Positions 39,405 through 53,800 are shown, counted from the stretch's first letter. The stretch is 64,000 nt of DNA from Camelus ferus (GCF_009834535.1 NC_045696.1:19284001-19348000), one strand, 5' to 3'. A program made the numbers and translations. Notes: generated by a model from the sequence alone, not told the origin.

Positions 39405-39535
39405 CACCTTGCCTTTAGCTCAGTGAGACAGAGTTTGGACTTCTGACCTCCAGAAATGTAAGATAATACATTTGTGCTGTTGTAAGCCACTGCATTTGTG
39501 GAAACTTGGTGCTGCAGCAATAGGAATGCAGACCA
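39405..39535 (+). mobile_element. MLT1 (C/D-like) LTR 3' fragment
   Basis: ggacttctgacctccagaaatgtaagataatacatttgtgctgttgtaagccactgcatttgtgg...gcagcaatagga. Confidence 0.8.
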
Positions 39536-39644
39536 CTCCTAAGCTCTTCCTGTGTCAGAGTGGAAACCAGAAGTCCCTGATCGAGTTGTATTTCCTCCCA
39601 GAGGGAGGAAAGTGCTTGGGATCAGGTAGGAGGATATAAGGGGT

Positions 39645-40507
39645 GCATTTCTACAAATGTTTTTCAGCTCTGACTGCACATTAGAATTACTCAGAGAATC
39701 TTAAACAAAATGCAGTAGGCAGGCAGAATTTTAACAATATCCCCCAAAATTCCAGTCCCTTGGTTATTCAATCAGATACTAATCCAGGAAATACTGTAAA
39801 AGGAGGTTAACAGGTGAAGGTAAGGTTACTACTTAGCTCACCTTAAAATAAGAAAATGGCCTTGGATTATCCAAATGGGTCCAATGTAGTCACATGGGCC
39901 TTCTGGTTAGAAGAGGGAGGAGAAAAATCAGATGGATGTGGAGGCAGAGGCAGGAGAGATGAAGCTGAGGGCAAGTCAGAGAGATCTGAGTACAAGAAGG
40001 ATTCAATCCAGAGATAACAGCTTTGACAATGGAGTAAATGGGTCACAAACCAGGGATATGGGTGGACTCTAGGATATGGGAACAGTCCAAACTTTATAGC
40101 CTGCAAGGACACAAGGACCTCCATCATACATCTGCAAGGAACTGAATTCTGCCACAATCTGAATGAGCAAGGAATCTGTCCCCAAAGCCTCCACATATGA
40201 ACACATACCTGCTGACACCTTGATTTTGGCCCCTTGAGCTCTAACTAGAGGGACCAGCCAAGTCCCACTGTACCCATACTTCTGATGGACAGAACCCTGA
40301 GATAATAGATCTGCATTGTTTTAAACCACTAAGTTTGTGGCCATCTGTTATGACAGCAATAGAAAAGTAATACAGAAACAAATAAAGTAATATCTGAGTC
40401 CAACTCCAGATCAGTTCAAATGGAATCTGCTGGTAGAAGCTTGGGCATGTGCTTCTTTTTTTGCAAAAATCCCTGGTTAGTTTGCCTAAAAAGTGAGAAC
40501 CATGGCT
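39645..40507. mobile_element. MER5A (hAT-Charlie) split by an MLT1E insertion
   Basis: Left: tgactgcacattagaattactcagagaatcttaaa. Right: ctgagtccaactccagatcagttcaaatggaatctgctggtagaagcttgggcat...gtgagaaccatgg. Confidence 0.7.
39711..40374 (+). mobile_element. MLT1E-type MaLR solo LTR
   Basis: ttggttattcaatcagatactaatccagg...ggattatccaaatgggtccaatgtagtcacatgggcc...gcaaggaactgaattctgccacaatctgaatgagc...ttttaaaccactaagtttgtgg...gcaatagaaaagtaataca. Confidence 0.9.
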
Positions 40508-40617
40508 AGGGTGACCAGCTGGTCCTGCCTTGGCTGTGGATTTTGCTGGTTTGGACACTCTAAATTCCTTGTCCTAGGAAAGCCCTTAGTGTTGGACAGA
40601 GACATTTGGTCAACTCA
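40508..40617. mobile_element. MER94-like hAT-Blackjack MITE
   Basis: Terminal inverted repeats agggtgacca ... tggtcaactc; ~110 bp; internal gtcctaggaaagcccttagt. Confidence 0.7.
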
Positions 40618-42500
40618 AATATCTTCCTACGTGAAGCTGAAGCCATATAGAATGTATACGAGAGAATTTTGGAAGCCTAACTTTTAAATCTTGCAAATTA
40701 CTGTGAAAATTGTTACTTTCAAAACCATTCAAACAATTATCACACTGCCTTGATGGAAAAGGGTCATTTGAATGTTGAATTTCTGTTTCCTTAAGCATTT
40801 TCATGTGGGTGCCTGGAGCCTAATATATCTTTCACCAAATACACTTTGTGTCCTTGAAGAAAGTTCAGTATTGTCACTTGCATGCTTTTGATCAGCCATT
40901 AGGAATTGGAACTGTTACTACATTGTAAGCATACTATGCTGGGCATTTCCACATATAGCATCTCAGTTAAGCTAAGAAGCAATATCACTTCATATTGCCT
41001 TGAATCTCCATTCATATGTTTGTGAACTGTTCTTAGAGGATCTGAAAAAAAAAAATCAACATTCAGTCTTAGTACATGGGTATTTGTACAGTATAATGTG
41101 AATGTATCCACCTTTTTCAGTTTTTGGTGACTGAACACTTAGTTTATCTTAAATATGAGTAGGTATTCATTTGTACTCATTTGTCTTCAAAAATCATTTT
41201 TATAGAACAACATATCATAAAAGCAACTATTTCCAGCTATGCATATCATGTGCTCCCCTCAAAAATATCATTCTTCACATTTTCTATTAAAATTTTCAAA
41301 GAGGCAAAGAATTTACTGCAGATGCATCAGGAGAAAAAATACACACAAACATGAACACAGATTATAATGCAAAAGTACTTGATATTGCTAACTGTGTCCC
41401 TAGCAGGAAAATCACAAATATATTGGGAAAAAAAAGCTTATATGTTTATATATTAAAATTAAATCCAAGGAAAAAATGCAAATTGAAATAATATGTTAAA
41501 TTGATGACTTTGAGCTAAATAATTTAAATAAAATAAATATAAAACATAAGTTCTATAAGAATGTATTGTTGAGATTTTTCCCATTTAAAAATGATAATAA
41601 TTAAGAAAGTGTTAGAAAGTCAAGTTGTTTTTGCTAAAGCCACCAAACAAAACTTTGATTAGAGGAATTCAAATTTAATGCATCAATGCTTCATTTTTCT
41701 TTGAGTATATCTTAACCTATCCTTGCTTTATCAAGTTCTCAGCTAGTTAATAGTATTTTATGCAAAAGTCCTTAAGGCAGAATATATGCATCAAGAATTG
41801 TTATACTTCTTATTAAAGAGTAGCTTTTTCAAATTTAGGTTCTATTTGTATATTTTATGCTTACTCTTTTTAAAAAGTGAAACATGAGGTTAGGAATTAT
41901 ATTTTTGTCTTTATGTCATATCCTTCATCATGTATAAATAAATGATCATTTTGGCTAAATTGATTTTTAGCTCAGGGAAATATAAATATAGAAATGGCTA
42001 TGAATATCCTGTATTATTTTTACCAAAATCTCCCTCTAGCCTCAATTTAGATTGATTAAATCTTGTCTTTTTTAAAACTACTTCCAAAAATACCTCAAAT
42101 TTTGTCCTTTTTTTTTTTTTGAAGGACATTTTTTATTACACACTTAACTAAGTACTTTCTGAACAATTCAAGAGTTTTTTTTTTTTTTTTTCCACCTTAG
42201 GAAGGATCATGTAAAACGAATATCATTTGTTCATGATGGTTCACACTTTTGACCAATCTCCAAATTTAGTATTTCATATTAAGTTGGAGTCCCTAAGTCA
42301 GATTTCCCATGCCTGGTTTCACAATGACATTTTCAAATGACCTGAAAATATTTGATTTGTTCACTGTGATCAGCTTGGTCAAATTGCAAGACTGAATAGA
42401 ATATGAATAAATTGGACTTTGTTAACCCTATCCACCAATTTGGTTCTTTTAAAAGCAGGGTTTGTGAGATTTTGAAACAAGGAATTACAGAGTAACTCAT

Positions 42501-42990
42501 TGCAGCAGACATCCCTATGTGTTACGCCCTTGAAAAATCCCCTCACCTTGAGTGTGCTGGAGCCTCTGACTTGATCCTGCAGATAGAATATGGTAAAAAT
42601 GTGCAGATAATCCCTCCTATGACTGTGCTATGTTATATAAGACCCCTTGTTAACAGAGTAGAGCCAGCGTCTGCTAGTCTTGAAGAAGTAAACTGTCACA
42701 GTGTATGAGGTCTGTGAGAGGACCTGAGAGAGGACAACATGACAGGAAACCATGGGTGGTCTCTGGGTGCCAAGAGCAGCTCCTAACTGACAGTGAGCAA
42801 GAGAAACAGGACTTTACTTGCACATAGCAAGGAGATGAATTGTACCAATAATTACACAAGCTTGGAAGAGGATTCCTACTCCATAAAGCCAATTTAGCCT
42901 TTTTGACACTTAGATCGTGAGATGGAACCTGAGCAGAGGACTAAGTCACGCCTGGACTATGAACACACGGAAACTGTGAAATAATACACC
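42501..42990 (+). mobile_element. MLT1E2/E3-like MaLR LTR
   Basis: aatcccctcaccttgagtgtgctgga...atagaatatggtaaa...atgttatataagac...ttgaagaagtaaactg...gcaaggagatgaattgtaccaataa...agcttggaagaggatt...cctgagcagaggac. Confidence 0.85.
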
Positions 42991-43427
42991 TTCACCAACT
43001 GTAGTTTTCAAATTCTATTATTTTGTCAATCTATTGTGTATAATAGATGTCTCACTATTTTATTTTGTAGTTCTCTATTTATAAATGAGATTGAACATCT
43101 TTTGTATACTTATAAGGCATTTAGTTGAAATTTGTACTGAGATCATTGTAGATTCAAATGCAATTATTAGACATTTGATGTCCAATATTTATTATATTTC
43201 AAGATAAACATAAGTATATGTTGCAATTATTTGTATTATATTTTATTAGTTAGTATTAATAAATGTATGCTTATTTATTTCGGAGAACAAACACACTGAA
43301 AAGAAAAAATTAAAAACTGCAATCACGTAATACTGAGTATGTTATGTTGAGGTTTCTTTTCATAATCACCAGTATTTGGTGCACCATTTTCCCACGGTAA
43401 ATATACATATATAATATATATAAATTA

Positions 43428-43837
43428 TATCAAGTTCTCTGGTGGCAAGCAACAGAAACCAAAGGAGAGTACATTAAGCAAACAAACAGTCTTAAGTATA
43501 CAGACTGGCTTATAGAATTTACAGAGAAACTAAAGAAACATATCCTACTTAGAACAGAAACTGGATGAAGTCCAAGGACAGAGACCTAACAGAAACCAAG
43601 GGACAGGCAATTTTAAGTGCCCCTATTGGGCTTCATCGGCTCTGATTTTAAAATGTCCATGTTACACCACTGAAGATCCAGAGGTACAGTGTGCCTTGAC
43701 ACTTCGCCTCAGGACCCTGCTCGTTAAGTGTGTGCTGGTGAAGGGGGTGGTAGTTCACAGAGTCCAATTAGCATGGCTACCGAGAGAAAATGGTCAAATT
43801 GATATGGTTCCAGCAGCTACAACAGATGTCCACTACA
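43428..43837 (-). mobile_element. Old MaLR LTR (MLT1J/K/L-like)
   Basis: Starts ggtggcaagcaacagaaaccaa and ends acaacagatgtccactaca. Confidence 0.65.
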
Positions 43838-43839
43838 TC

Positions 43840-44560
43840 TATAATGCTATTTTAATGGCTTATTAGTATTATACCCAATTGATGACTTAATCAATCACCT
43901 TATTCTGGACATTAACTGCCTTCTGATTTTTGTCATTGTATAAAACATTGTGATTACTATACTAGTAGGCAAGGCTTTCTAATACCTTCCCAACATGCTG
44001 GTTCAAAAGAATGTAAACATTTTTCAGCTAACCGTCCATTAGAGAGTTTACATCAGTTTGAATTTCAACTACTAGTTCAAGGGACTAATTTCTAAACATA
44101 TGAGACTTTGTTTTATTGTTTTATGTCATTGCTATTATATTTGCAGTTCTTGGGTCACGAATTAGAAAATTTGGATGTGCTAATCATAATGAGTTTTCCT
44201 TTTGTATATCATCAGGTCTAACTATAACTCAGTTTTTCCACTAGAAAATTGTCTTTTATTGATTGATTTACAAGAGATCTTTAAATGTTTTGATTGTTAA
44301 CTCTTCTCATGTACGTTGCAATTATTTTCAGGAATTTGCTGCTTCCTGTTTACCACTTCTTATAGTATATTTCATTAAACAGAGGTTTTACATTTATATG
44401 TCGTCAAACTATTAAGTTGTGCTCTTGTAATTTCTGCCTTTTGTTGTTGCTTAGTATGTTTTCTGGATGAAATAAAGTTGGACTCTGTTTTGTTTTTAAT
44501 GATCAAATTGTTGTACCTTTTGTAATTCACTCTAACATTAGTTAGCTGAGATATTACATT
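43840..44560 (-). mobile_element. Degraded L1ME fragments
   Basis: gctattttaatggcttattagtatt...ttaatcaatcaccttattctggacatt...tcatgtacgttgcaattattttcag...aaacagaggttttacatttatatgtcgtcaaa. Confidence 0.55.
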
Positions 44561-45926
44561 CATCATTTCATTTTTAATGTATATATATGGAGTTGGTAAT
44601 GAATTTTATCTCAAAGACATTTTGATTTTCCTACAGTAATATTTTCATTTTCCAGACTTTCTAGTCAAACTGAGGCTCAAAATTAGATGTAAAAATAATA
44701 ATAGTGTCCACTCTAAATCAGTCTAACTTATATAACAAAACTCACCCTGTAACTTCAGTGTAAAATCTACTCCTCTTAATATTTATAAGTCTACATAAAA
44801 TTGAACCCTTGTAGGCTAAACATTAAGTGACCAAAATTTTCTTTTTTGTCTCTTGATTTTTATTATATATTTAAAGCAAAGTAGATCACAAGTTTAAAAT
44901 GACCATAATAGATATTATTTTTTTAATGATTTAGAACTCTATATTTTGGCACTTTATCCCCCTAAACTCTTATCTGAATATAGATATGTTATAAGGAAGT
45001 TCTGCAAAATAGCGTAACTGTTACTTGCAGGCAAGATACTGACAGAGTACATTTAGCAAGGCAGACTGCATTCTGGAAGTGATTTATAGAGATTTAAAAG
45101 TACTTGAAGCACAGCGGCCACAGTGAAACCAACATGTGAACTCCTTTGAATGTACTGACTTTAAAAGATTATGGATATAATAATTTTCATTGTTGAAATA
45201 TAGAAATTCTGATATTTAAATATTAATGGAGAGTTTGTCTATAGAGTTTCAGCACAACTTATGCAATCCTTGGTATCACAAAGTAAACAATTCAATTTTT
45301 AAAATTTTTCTTGATATTGTATTAAGGAAATAATAGGGAGTATTTTTAAAATTTTATTTTTAAAAGATAATTTAAAAATAGCAAGCTGGGGAATCATTAG
45401 TGAAATTATCTCAATATATTTTCACAAATAAGAGAAAATATGAAGTTACCAAAGTTCATACAAAATACATAATTTTCATACAGTTTTTTGAATGAACACA
45501 AAGGTATAATGTTTATCTTACAAATCCACATTAATACCATATACGTTTTTTAAAAGGACATATTGTCTCATTTCTCTCTCTGAACCAATCTGATATCTAT
45601 TTTGTCCTAAAGTTTGGGAAATTTACTATGTAGGTCAGGCTTTTACTGTACTTACTGGTTGGCTTTGGCTTTTGTGATTCCCTATAGTTGTAACAGAAGT
45701 GATATCTTTTCAGCCTACACTCTGGAGTCTTGATAACAAGAATAGACTTTTTTTTTTTTTTTTTTTAATCCCTGAGCATTTTTTTCTTCTTTTACTCTCA
45801 CATAACACAACAGCACTTGATTCTGAGTGTAAACTTTGAAGCAGCAAGTGAACTGATTTTGGAATCAGAAGGTCTTGATTTATGCTCCAGCCCTTTTTAC
45901 TAAAGAAGTGACCTGTGGTGAAAGGC

Positions 45927-46065
45927 GTGTGGGACAGTGAATTGAGCACGGGCTTTGGAGGCCATGGGAATTCATTCAAACCCAAGTCATCTCTCTTTAT
46001 AGCTGCGTAAACTTGGCAGGTTAGTTAATCTCCTTGAACTTTGGTTACTTTTCTGCAAAACAGTG
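45927..46065 (+). mobile_element. MIR SINE
   Basis: gagcacgggctttggaggcc...ttcaaacccaagtc...tagctgcgtaaacttggcaggttagttaatctccttgaac. Confidence 0.75.
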
Positions 46066-47024
46066 CTTGATGTTTTATGCACATCATTGCTCTACATCTT
46101 AACCAGGAAAACTTTCTAAAAGAAGATCAGACCGCCCCAAAAAAGTTCTCAAAAAAATGTTCGGTGTCTGTCACTTCCCTCACTCCTGTAATTCGACTGC
46201 TCTTCTGTACTTAACCCATCTGTATTTTTATACGGATATACCCAACTGCCCCACTGGCATCCCCTCAAGATTACTGCCCAAGTCTTGTCCCCTCGAGCAC
46301 AGGTAGTACTTCCTGAATTCTCATTTTCATAAAGGAGACATTTATTGTGTTTCTGTGGGCTCCACCTGTCTCCACTTTCCCCCAACTCCAGCTCTCATAC
46401 TCCGTGGGCTGTGCTCTCATTTCTATCCTACCAAGTTTGGTGAGTTTATATTCCATACTGAAATCATAGTTATGTTTACTAGACTATGTCCATGACTATT
46501 CTGAAAAACACACACCAACAGAAAATACTTTTCCTATGACTACGCATACTCCTCAGAGTTGATCAGAGAGTGAGCATGAATTTTCCTGTTACATTCTGTG
46601 TCCAATGTCATAGCTCCTGTGCCACTCGTGGAGAATGTTTATCACACCAAGTTTAACTTCTATCTCAGCTTCATACAACCCGCACATTCCTTTCATCAGT
46701 CCTCAAGATTTCCAGACTGCTCAGTCATAGAGCATCTCCAACAATGCCCCATTTTTACCAAGAAGCCTTATTTCAAATTGAGACATCCAGGGACTTTTCT
46801 GCTCTACTTTCCTGGTTCTTTCCCTTTTTTCCTATATTCATTATTTCTATTTTCGTTATAAAAATGTCCTCATTTATGAATTTTTTTTCTGTCTTTGCGC
46901 TACTTCAGTTGTTTGGAGGGGTATAAAAATTTAGGAAAAGATATTTGTCCAGGGGTCATGGGAGGCTTTGCTCTGCTCTCTTCTAGCTGCTGGTGTTGCT
47001 GATAAAATACCTGATGTCAGTGTT

Positions 47025-47170
47025 GGGGGAGAGTATATCTCAGCGGCAGGTTGCATGCCTAGCATGCATGAGGTCCTGGGTTCAACCCCCAGCACGTCCA
47101 TTAACAAGTAAATAAATAAACCCAATTATCTCCACCTCCAAGTGCTTTTTTTAATAAAAAAAGAAAGAAA
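47025..47170 (+). mobile_element. Camelid Vic-1-type tRNA-derived SINE (older copy)
   Basis: gggggagagtatatctcagcggcaggttgcatgcctagcatgcatgaggtcctgggttcaacccccagcacgtccatt...aaataaataaacccaattatctcc, with an A-rich tail; degenerate TSD acctgatgtcagtgt / acttgacatcagtat. Confidence 0.9.
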
Positions 47171-50100
47171 AAACTTGACATCAGTATGATTATTACCACC
47201 CTTTATAGGTCTTTGGTTTACTCTCTGAATATGGCAAGTCTTCCATTGGTCATTAATTAGTTGGAAATTTCAGAATGTTATGCACTAACTATAGGTGTTT
47301 TTGCTATTGTTTCAGTCATTGTTTTGAACAATCAATAGGCCATTTCCGTCAGAGGCATGTATCCTTACTCAGCCATGGGGGAAAAATAGCTTCTATTAAT
47401 GTTCGATATTTTTCTCTCCTCTGCTTTCTCATTCTCTGTTTTGGAGACTCTTTAAAGTCTGTTATTGAACCTCCTTATTTAATCCCTTATGTCTCTGCTC
47501 TTTTATTGTCTACTTCTCATTTCTCTCTCTCTCTCTCTTTTTTCCTTTGTTTAATTTAGGAGATTTTCTTGGCTTTCACTTCCAACTCATTTGTTTATTG
47601 TTATTGTTAATTTTGGTGAATTGAAAATGCCTTTTGCTGCTACTGTTCTTCACTTCATAGGGAACAGTGTTGTTTTGTTTCATGGATGAAACATTGTCTT
47701 TATTATTTCTCAAGTTAGAATTAAGCTTTTTTTTTTCCTAATTATATTTTGTTCTTCAATTTTTTCTAATAACACTAAGGTAAAATTTCTCCTTTATTCT
47801 TCCTAGCTTTTTCTCTTTCCTGTTCTAAACTATTTCTACCTCTTGTTTACCACTTCACATTTGAAAATAAGATTATAGAAGGCCTGTTGGTGACTGCTAG
47901 CCATTTTTCTGAGGAACCTTTTTTCTTTTCTTCTGGAATTTGAAGTGGGGAATAAAGTAGATGGAGATAAATACTCTGTTTATAATTTTTCCGTTAATTC
48001 CTATGATTTTGGCGTCACGTCTCACTACTGCCATGACTGGTGCTTGCTTTCATTTCATCCAGAATTTCTCCAGCATTTTACTGGGAGGACTGTCTCCCTC
48101 TCTGAACAGACCCCCACATCTGAACTTGTTCAAGCTATGGCTTCATTTTTCTCTTTTGTCTTCACTTTCAGTCAACATTCTTCCGCCTCCTCTTAATTTC
48201 ACTTATTTGTTTAGACTCTCTCGTATGCTATTCCTTATGCCAACACTGATCTTAGAGCTCTCTTGCTTATTCCTTTGCTGTCGTTTTAATAAATTTTAAG
48301 AAAAGAAGAGAAATGCAGGTTTTCAAAGCAACATCCTGACTTAGCTGAGGTTTTAGAAATAAATGAGAGGAAAAAAAAAAGCTGTTTTTGAGTGAAGAAT
48401 TCAATGATTTGACACCCTGCAGTGATATTCTCTGAAAGGCGTGGTCCTATCACAACTTCCGGGAAAGCTTGGACAACAAGCGAATGTCCAGTTCCCCCTT
48501 CCTTTTACCATGTCCTCTGAGAGAAGGCACCCCACAATTTCCAGAGAGAAGACTCTGAGCAAGTACTGAACTGAAGCAAAATAAGACTTGTTCCCAGAGC
48601 CTCAAATAACAATGAAACTTGAAAATCACTGAATGTAAACATTATTTTATTCTATCTGCTCAGCCAAACTTATCTAAGCACATTCATGCCCTCTACTGCT
48701 TTCTCAAATATTTAGTCTGTTGGCCCTTTTTCAGAGTTCTAACATCTAATATCTATTATTAAACTAAGCAGAAGGAGCTATGTTGAAAGTGGGGTGTTTA
48801 GTATTTATGCTCCCTTCCAGGGTGCCCCAGTCTGAGACCTGCTGAAATTAAGCCAACTTGCTACTTCCAGTAAGAAGCTTTATAGTTAATCTATTATCTA
48901 CTCTACTTCTTCTGCTTCCATTTTGAAATCTGTAACATTTATTGTGATCATCTCACCACATGGAGATAATAACCACTTTCTGGATAAGCTTTAATTGTTG
49001 ATATAGTAAAGTCATTGAAAATAGACTCTTCTCGTAATTCAAGTTGGCTTTGTTATTAAGAAACAAAGGTCTACAAACCCCTTTTTATTCCAGAAATATT
49101 CTTGGAGACCTCTGACCTAACTATCTGGCATCAAAATGGTTGTAAAAGACCATCTCTCTTCATATCTGTGGAAATTCACAAAAGACCAAGCCAGCAGTGA
49201 GTGGCTGCTTTAACACTTTAGAAATGCTGAAAAGAGATTGTTTAAAAACTTGGAAACAACACAGCAGTGATTCTGAAAACCTAGGCAGATATATGTTAAG
49301 CTGAAATGCTAAAACTGAATGAGAAGCAAAATGCGAGGCCCCGCGAGGGAGAGGAGAGGTCAGATACCTGGGCAAACAAAGGGAACGGTGTGACTGTAGA
49401 CGGGCTCTTGGACACTAGCCTTTCTCCCCTCCCACATTCTAGTAGGTGAGTATCTGATAACTTGATCAAGTCGCAAGTTTATCCTGAACTCTGAAACCTT
49501 GTTTTGATGCTTCCTTTGCTCACCTCTGCCATAATCTCTTCTTAGAAACCCTATTCTTTAAGGCCCATTTAATTCTGTTTCTGTAGAAACTCCCTCTATT
49601 ATTTCAATACACAATGATCTGTCCTCAGAACTACAGATGTTATATTTCTATAATACTCTAGATATTATAGTTTTATAATAAGAATTGCAGAATTCTTACT
49701 CAGTGCTGAGTGTAAGTTACCTATTTTTGTATGTCATAGTTTTAGAATTATAGGTGGTTACATTTCCAAACTGAATGATAGATTCACTAAAGAGAGGTCT
49801 TTTTTAATGTGATTTTTGTGGTTAATATGTGTAACATGGGATGCTAAATACTGGTGGGTGCATCAAATGCAAGGCCTGCTTCTCTTCATAGCTATCATAA
49901 CATTAGGTGCTTGATAAGCTGACATTATAAACGGAGAATTCAACCTTAAATCTGTTCCACTTGTTCTTCTGTAAACTTTTTCCATGTTTTGGTTCTACTT
50001 ATATCCAATGTCTTATTTCACAGATTGTCAAAAGCCCTCCCTCCACACCCAGTTTAGACTAATTTAGTGAAAAGTGGAAAAGCATGTGAGCTTTGGAGAC

Positions 50101-50364
50101 TTGCACAGAGTAAGGCAAATGCATGGTGAGGCCTCAGCTGAGGCTCGCCCTTGGTCTCCTGTTCATTTCTCTCCATGCCCAGGGCAGGAAAGAATGCAGA
50201 CTTTTCCAGCCTTCAACTCTGACTTCTTGGAAATGTTGGGCCTGCTATGGTAATAATATCTAGACTTTGACTAGAAGGAAAATCAGGCAAAAATAATTTA
50301 TGTGGCAGCTCACCCTGGGTGAGCTTTTTTTTTCTCTTTCTTTCTTTTCTTTTTCATGGAAGCA

Positions 50365-50800
50365 AGAGGGAAATTTACTGACTGTTTTGGGTGTGTGTGT
50401 GTTGGGAAATGGATGAGTTTACTTTTGGAAATGTTGATTTTTGAGGTACTTTCAGGCTGGTTAAAGAAAAAGATGTCTAGTAGGTAGTTGAACATATATT
50501 TACAGATTGGAAAGATTTAGGAGTCATTAAGCATGCTGCCTATGAAACCACCCAGAAAATAAGTCGATTAGCAGGGCAAAAAGTTGACCTCTGTGTAATG
50601 GAAATATTTAGGAATAGGCAGAAGAAAATAAACCTTTAACAGAGGCTGTACAGAGTGTTCTCAGTTACGTCAAATGCTGCAGAGATGGCCAGTAAGGACA
50701 GGATCTCAAGTGATGCATCGGCTTTTAGTCACTAAGTTGCTAAATGTCTTGGAAAAAGAAGTCAGAGGTGAAGACTGGAAGTAATATAAACACCCAATTC
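50365..50800 (-). mobile_element. L2 LINE fragment
   Basis: atgagtttacttttggaaatgttgatttttgaggtac...agatgtctagtaggtagttgaacata...gatttaggagtcatt...gtcaaatgctgcagagatggccagtaagga. Confidence 0.75.
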
Positions 50801-53800
50801 CACATCTGCATCACTACATCCTCCAAATCAATTCTATATTCCCAGCTGCTTCAAGTTGTGCTTATTATTTCAGTGTCATATAAATGTAAAATAAAATTTA
50901 CTATCCCCATATATTAATTTACTAGCTTTCTTCTTTTTTTGATGGTTTATTTGAAACAGGGCCATATAACTAAAACCCAAGACATAAAGCTTGAGTAATA
51001 TTTTTTTAACCTTTATTTTTTTTTCAAATACGATTTTCCACATACTCTTTTGTGAAATATGTAAGCATACACATAGGTGGAAAGAACAACCTTAATTGAT
51101 ACTACAAATGAACTCCCATTTTTGTCAGTTTTGTTTTTTCACTTCCCCTCTCCACCTGGCCCATGGACTGTTGTGAGTATATGGTTTATGATTCTTAAAT
51201 TCCAACTCTGGTTATCACTAACCCCAGGATGAGCTGCCACACCTGTCAGCATTCATAAACTGTGCTCGCTTAATTTTCCTATTAGGAAAAGCCTAGATAG
51301 ATTATTATCATAGCAGGCCCAGTGTTCCACTTACCATGTCCAGGGCAGACAAAGGGAGTTGGTAATTCGCATATAACCAATCAAAACAAGGGTGTAGACC
51401 AACATGCCCTAAAGTAAACCAAGAGGAACTGAGGATGAACGTAGAGCATTCACTACCTGCCTTATACAGGCTACTAATTTCCAACACTAGTCTCCCTGAA
51501 CTCTGCTTTTTCATCATTATTCATTTTGTTTATTCCACACAATCATTGTCAGGGTATTTCTACCTGACTACAAGTTCCTTTGGGTTCCAATCCCCACTTT
51601 ATTATATTGGCGTATTTTTGCCACCATCCAGTAAGCTCTGGTCAGGGTGGAACTCTCCCCCAACAGGAAGATAGCATAGTTCGTAGATTGATGGCTTTAA
51701 ATTTATCCTAAGCTCCTTAAGAAGGTGTTGAATATATTTTTTTTTATTGTATGAAAAACCTTTATCTTTCCAGGAAATATTTTCTAGGATTTCAACCATG
51801 GATGAGGAAAATTATCAGCAAGATTTGAATTTCAGCTTTATTGCACACCGAAAGCAAATGTGCGCTGTGGAAAGCAGACATTTCACAACTATACCCAACT
51901 GCCTGAAAAGATTGTCTTGTCACAAATTCCGTATAATCTCCTTTTCTTTTTATGATCTTCCTGACCAAAAAAAAAAAAAAAAAATTTATCTGAGTGTGCC
52001 AGCACCTTTGTTTCATCTCATTTCTCTTTCAATCCAGCTGTGCTTGCTATATCAGTAGCTACATCAATTGGACAAAAAATGGTAATTGTATAAAAATGTA
52101 GGTCCTAGCGAAAACCCCATACTTTAAAACATCATCACTATATAGACACTTAAATTTCTTAGACAATTAGTAAGTGCTTAATAATTTACCTATGTCTTGG
52201 GAAAAAAAATCAAACCATCATTAATTTTAATTATAATTGTAAAGATTTAAGCACATCAATTAAAAAAAAAAACTTCAAGTTAAGTCTTTTCAAATACAAT
52301 GATAAACTCACAGCGGTTTTCCCTTGCTGGAATGATCTGTAATTTCATAGCAACCATGTTCTGCTCTGTAACTTTTCTCCTTTGAATCACTCAAAGCAAA
52401 AGTGCTACAGCAGAGAGGATTTTGTTTATCTTTGTAACATTGTTCTCTCCTGCTTCAGGTCATGTTTAATTTCTTCACACCACTGTTTGAAAAATCAGCT
52501 TCCACTTCAAGGGTAGAGCAACCCTGAAGGATTCTGTTTGTTTTACAGCGATGTAAGGACATGTTTAATCTTCAGAGTTCTACAAGTTCAAGATGACAAT
52601 GGAGTATAAAACACAAGGCTGTTAGGTCTTAATAAGAGTGTTGATTTCACAAACTCCTTGTTTTCCTTAACAACATGAAATATTTATGACAATCAGATTT
52701 TAATTTCTGTGCTAGCCATGTGTTTCTACAAGATAGAGTTTCCAGACCAAATTTATCCCTTCATTTATTCTCTTTTCCCAGAGGCAGCTCCTGAAAAACT
52801 GCTCTGTCCTTAGAAGTCAGCCGACATAATTCGAGACAAGTGGTGTAAATAATTTGCCCTGCAAAAGTAAAACTAAAAGATAGCATGTTAAATCTTTTTA
52901 GTTCCAATTACTAGCTAACACTGCTATTAAATTACAGAGCTCAAGTTTTCTGAAATAAATTTAGAATTAGGCTTGGTATGCAATACCATTTTTGAAAACG
53001 CGAAATCTAAATCATTACTCTGTCAAGATGTAGGTTTAGTGATTGAACACGGATATGATCAATTTCTTGCTCTGGTTGAACTTCAACCTTGTGAGAACTA
53101 CGGTATTGGCTCAGATTTCTCCTAGAAATATAGTGTGAGAATTTAGGCCAAAATTAATAATCACCCTAATTTTTAACTTCTCCATAGAGGCATGTATCTC
53201 ACCTGTGCATGAAACACCCTTTAACTTCAAAGGATATTCAAAGTTCAGGGAAGATGTGTGGGAGCACAAAAATGGATTACAAGGGGGTGGAATAGCATGC
53301 TGTGTTAATGCAGCATTCTGAATTAAAATAACTTTTCTTTTTTTCCTTTCCAATAAAACCTTTACATATCCATGGTTACTTTTTTAAAAAAGATAAGTGA
53401 GATAAATGAATGAATGCAGATTTTGTATATTGGTTGCATGGTGAAACGATGGCGCATAGGAGTCAGGTTTCTATCTACATGGAGATGTGTTGTTATTGTT
53501 ACTTATCAGTATACAGAGAGGGTATTTGTATAATAATATTTCCACTCTCCCATTTCTCTATTAGAGATTAGTTAATAAGATGGTAAATTATAGGTCAGTG
53601 GAAAAGAGTGGGTTCTAAAGTCAAACATGGTTGTGATTACTGGATTCTTCAATACTAGCATTTTATATAACTTCTTGAGCATCTTTGAACTAGGCTGTTA
53701 AAGGTAGAGTGAAAACATAACTCACATATATACTGAACACCAGGGTAAGTTGTACTACTCAGTACAATTTATGTTTCTTTCCTGCTAAACTCTCATTTGA

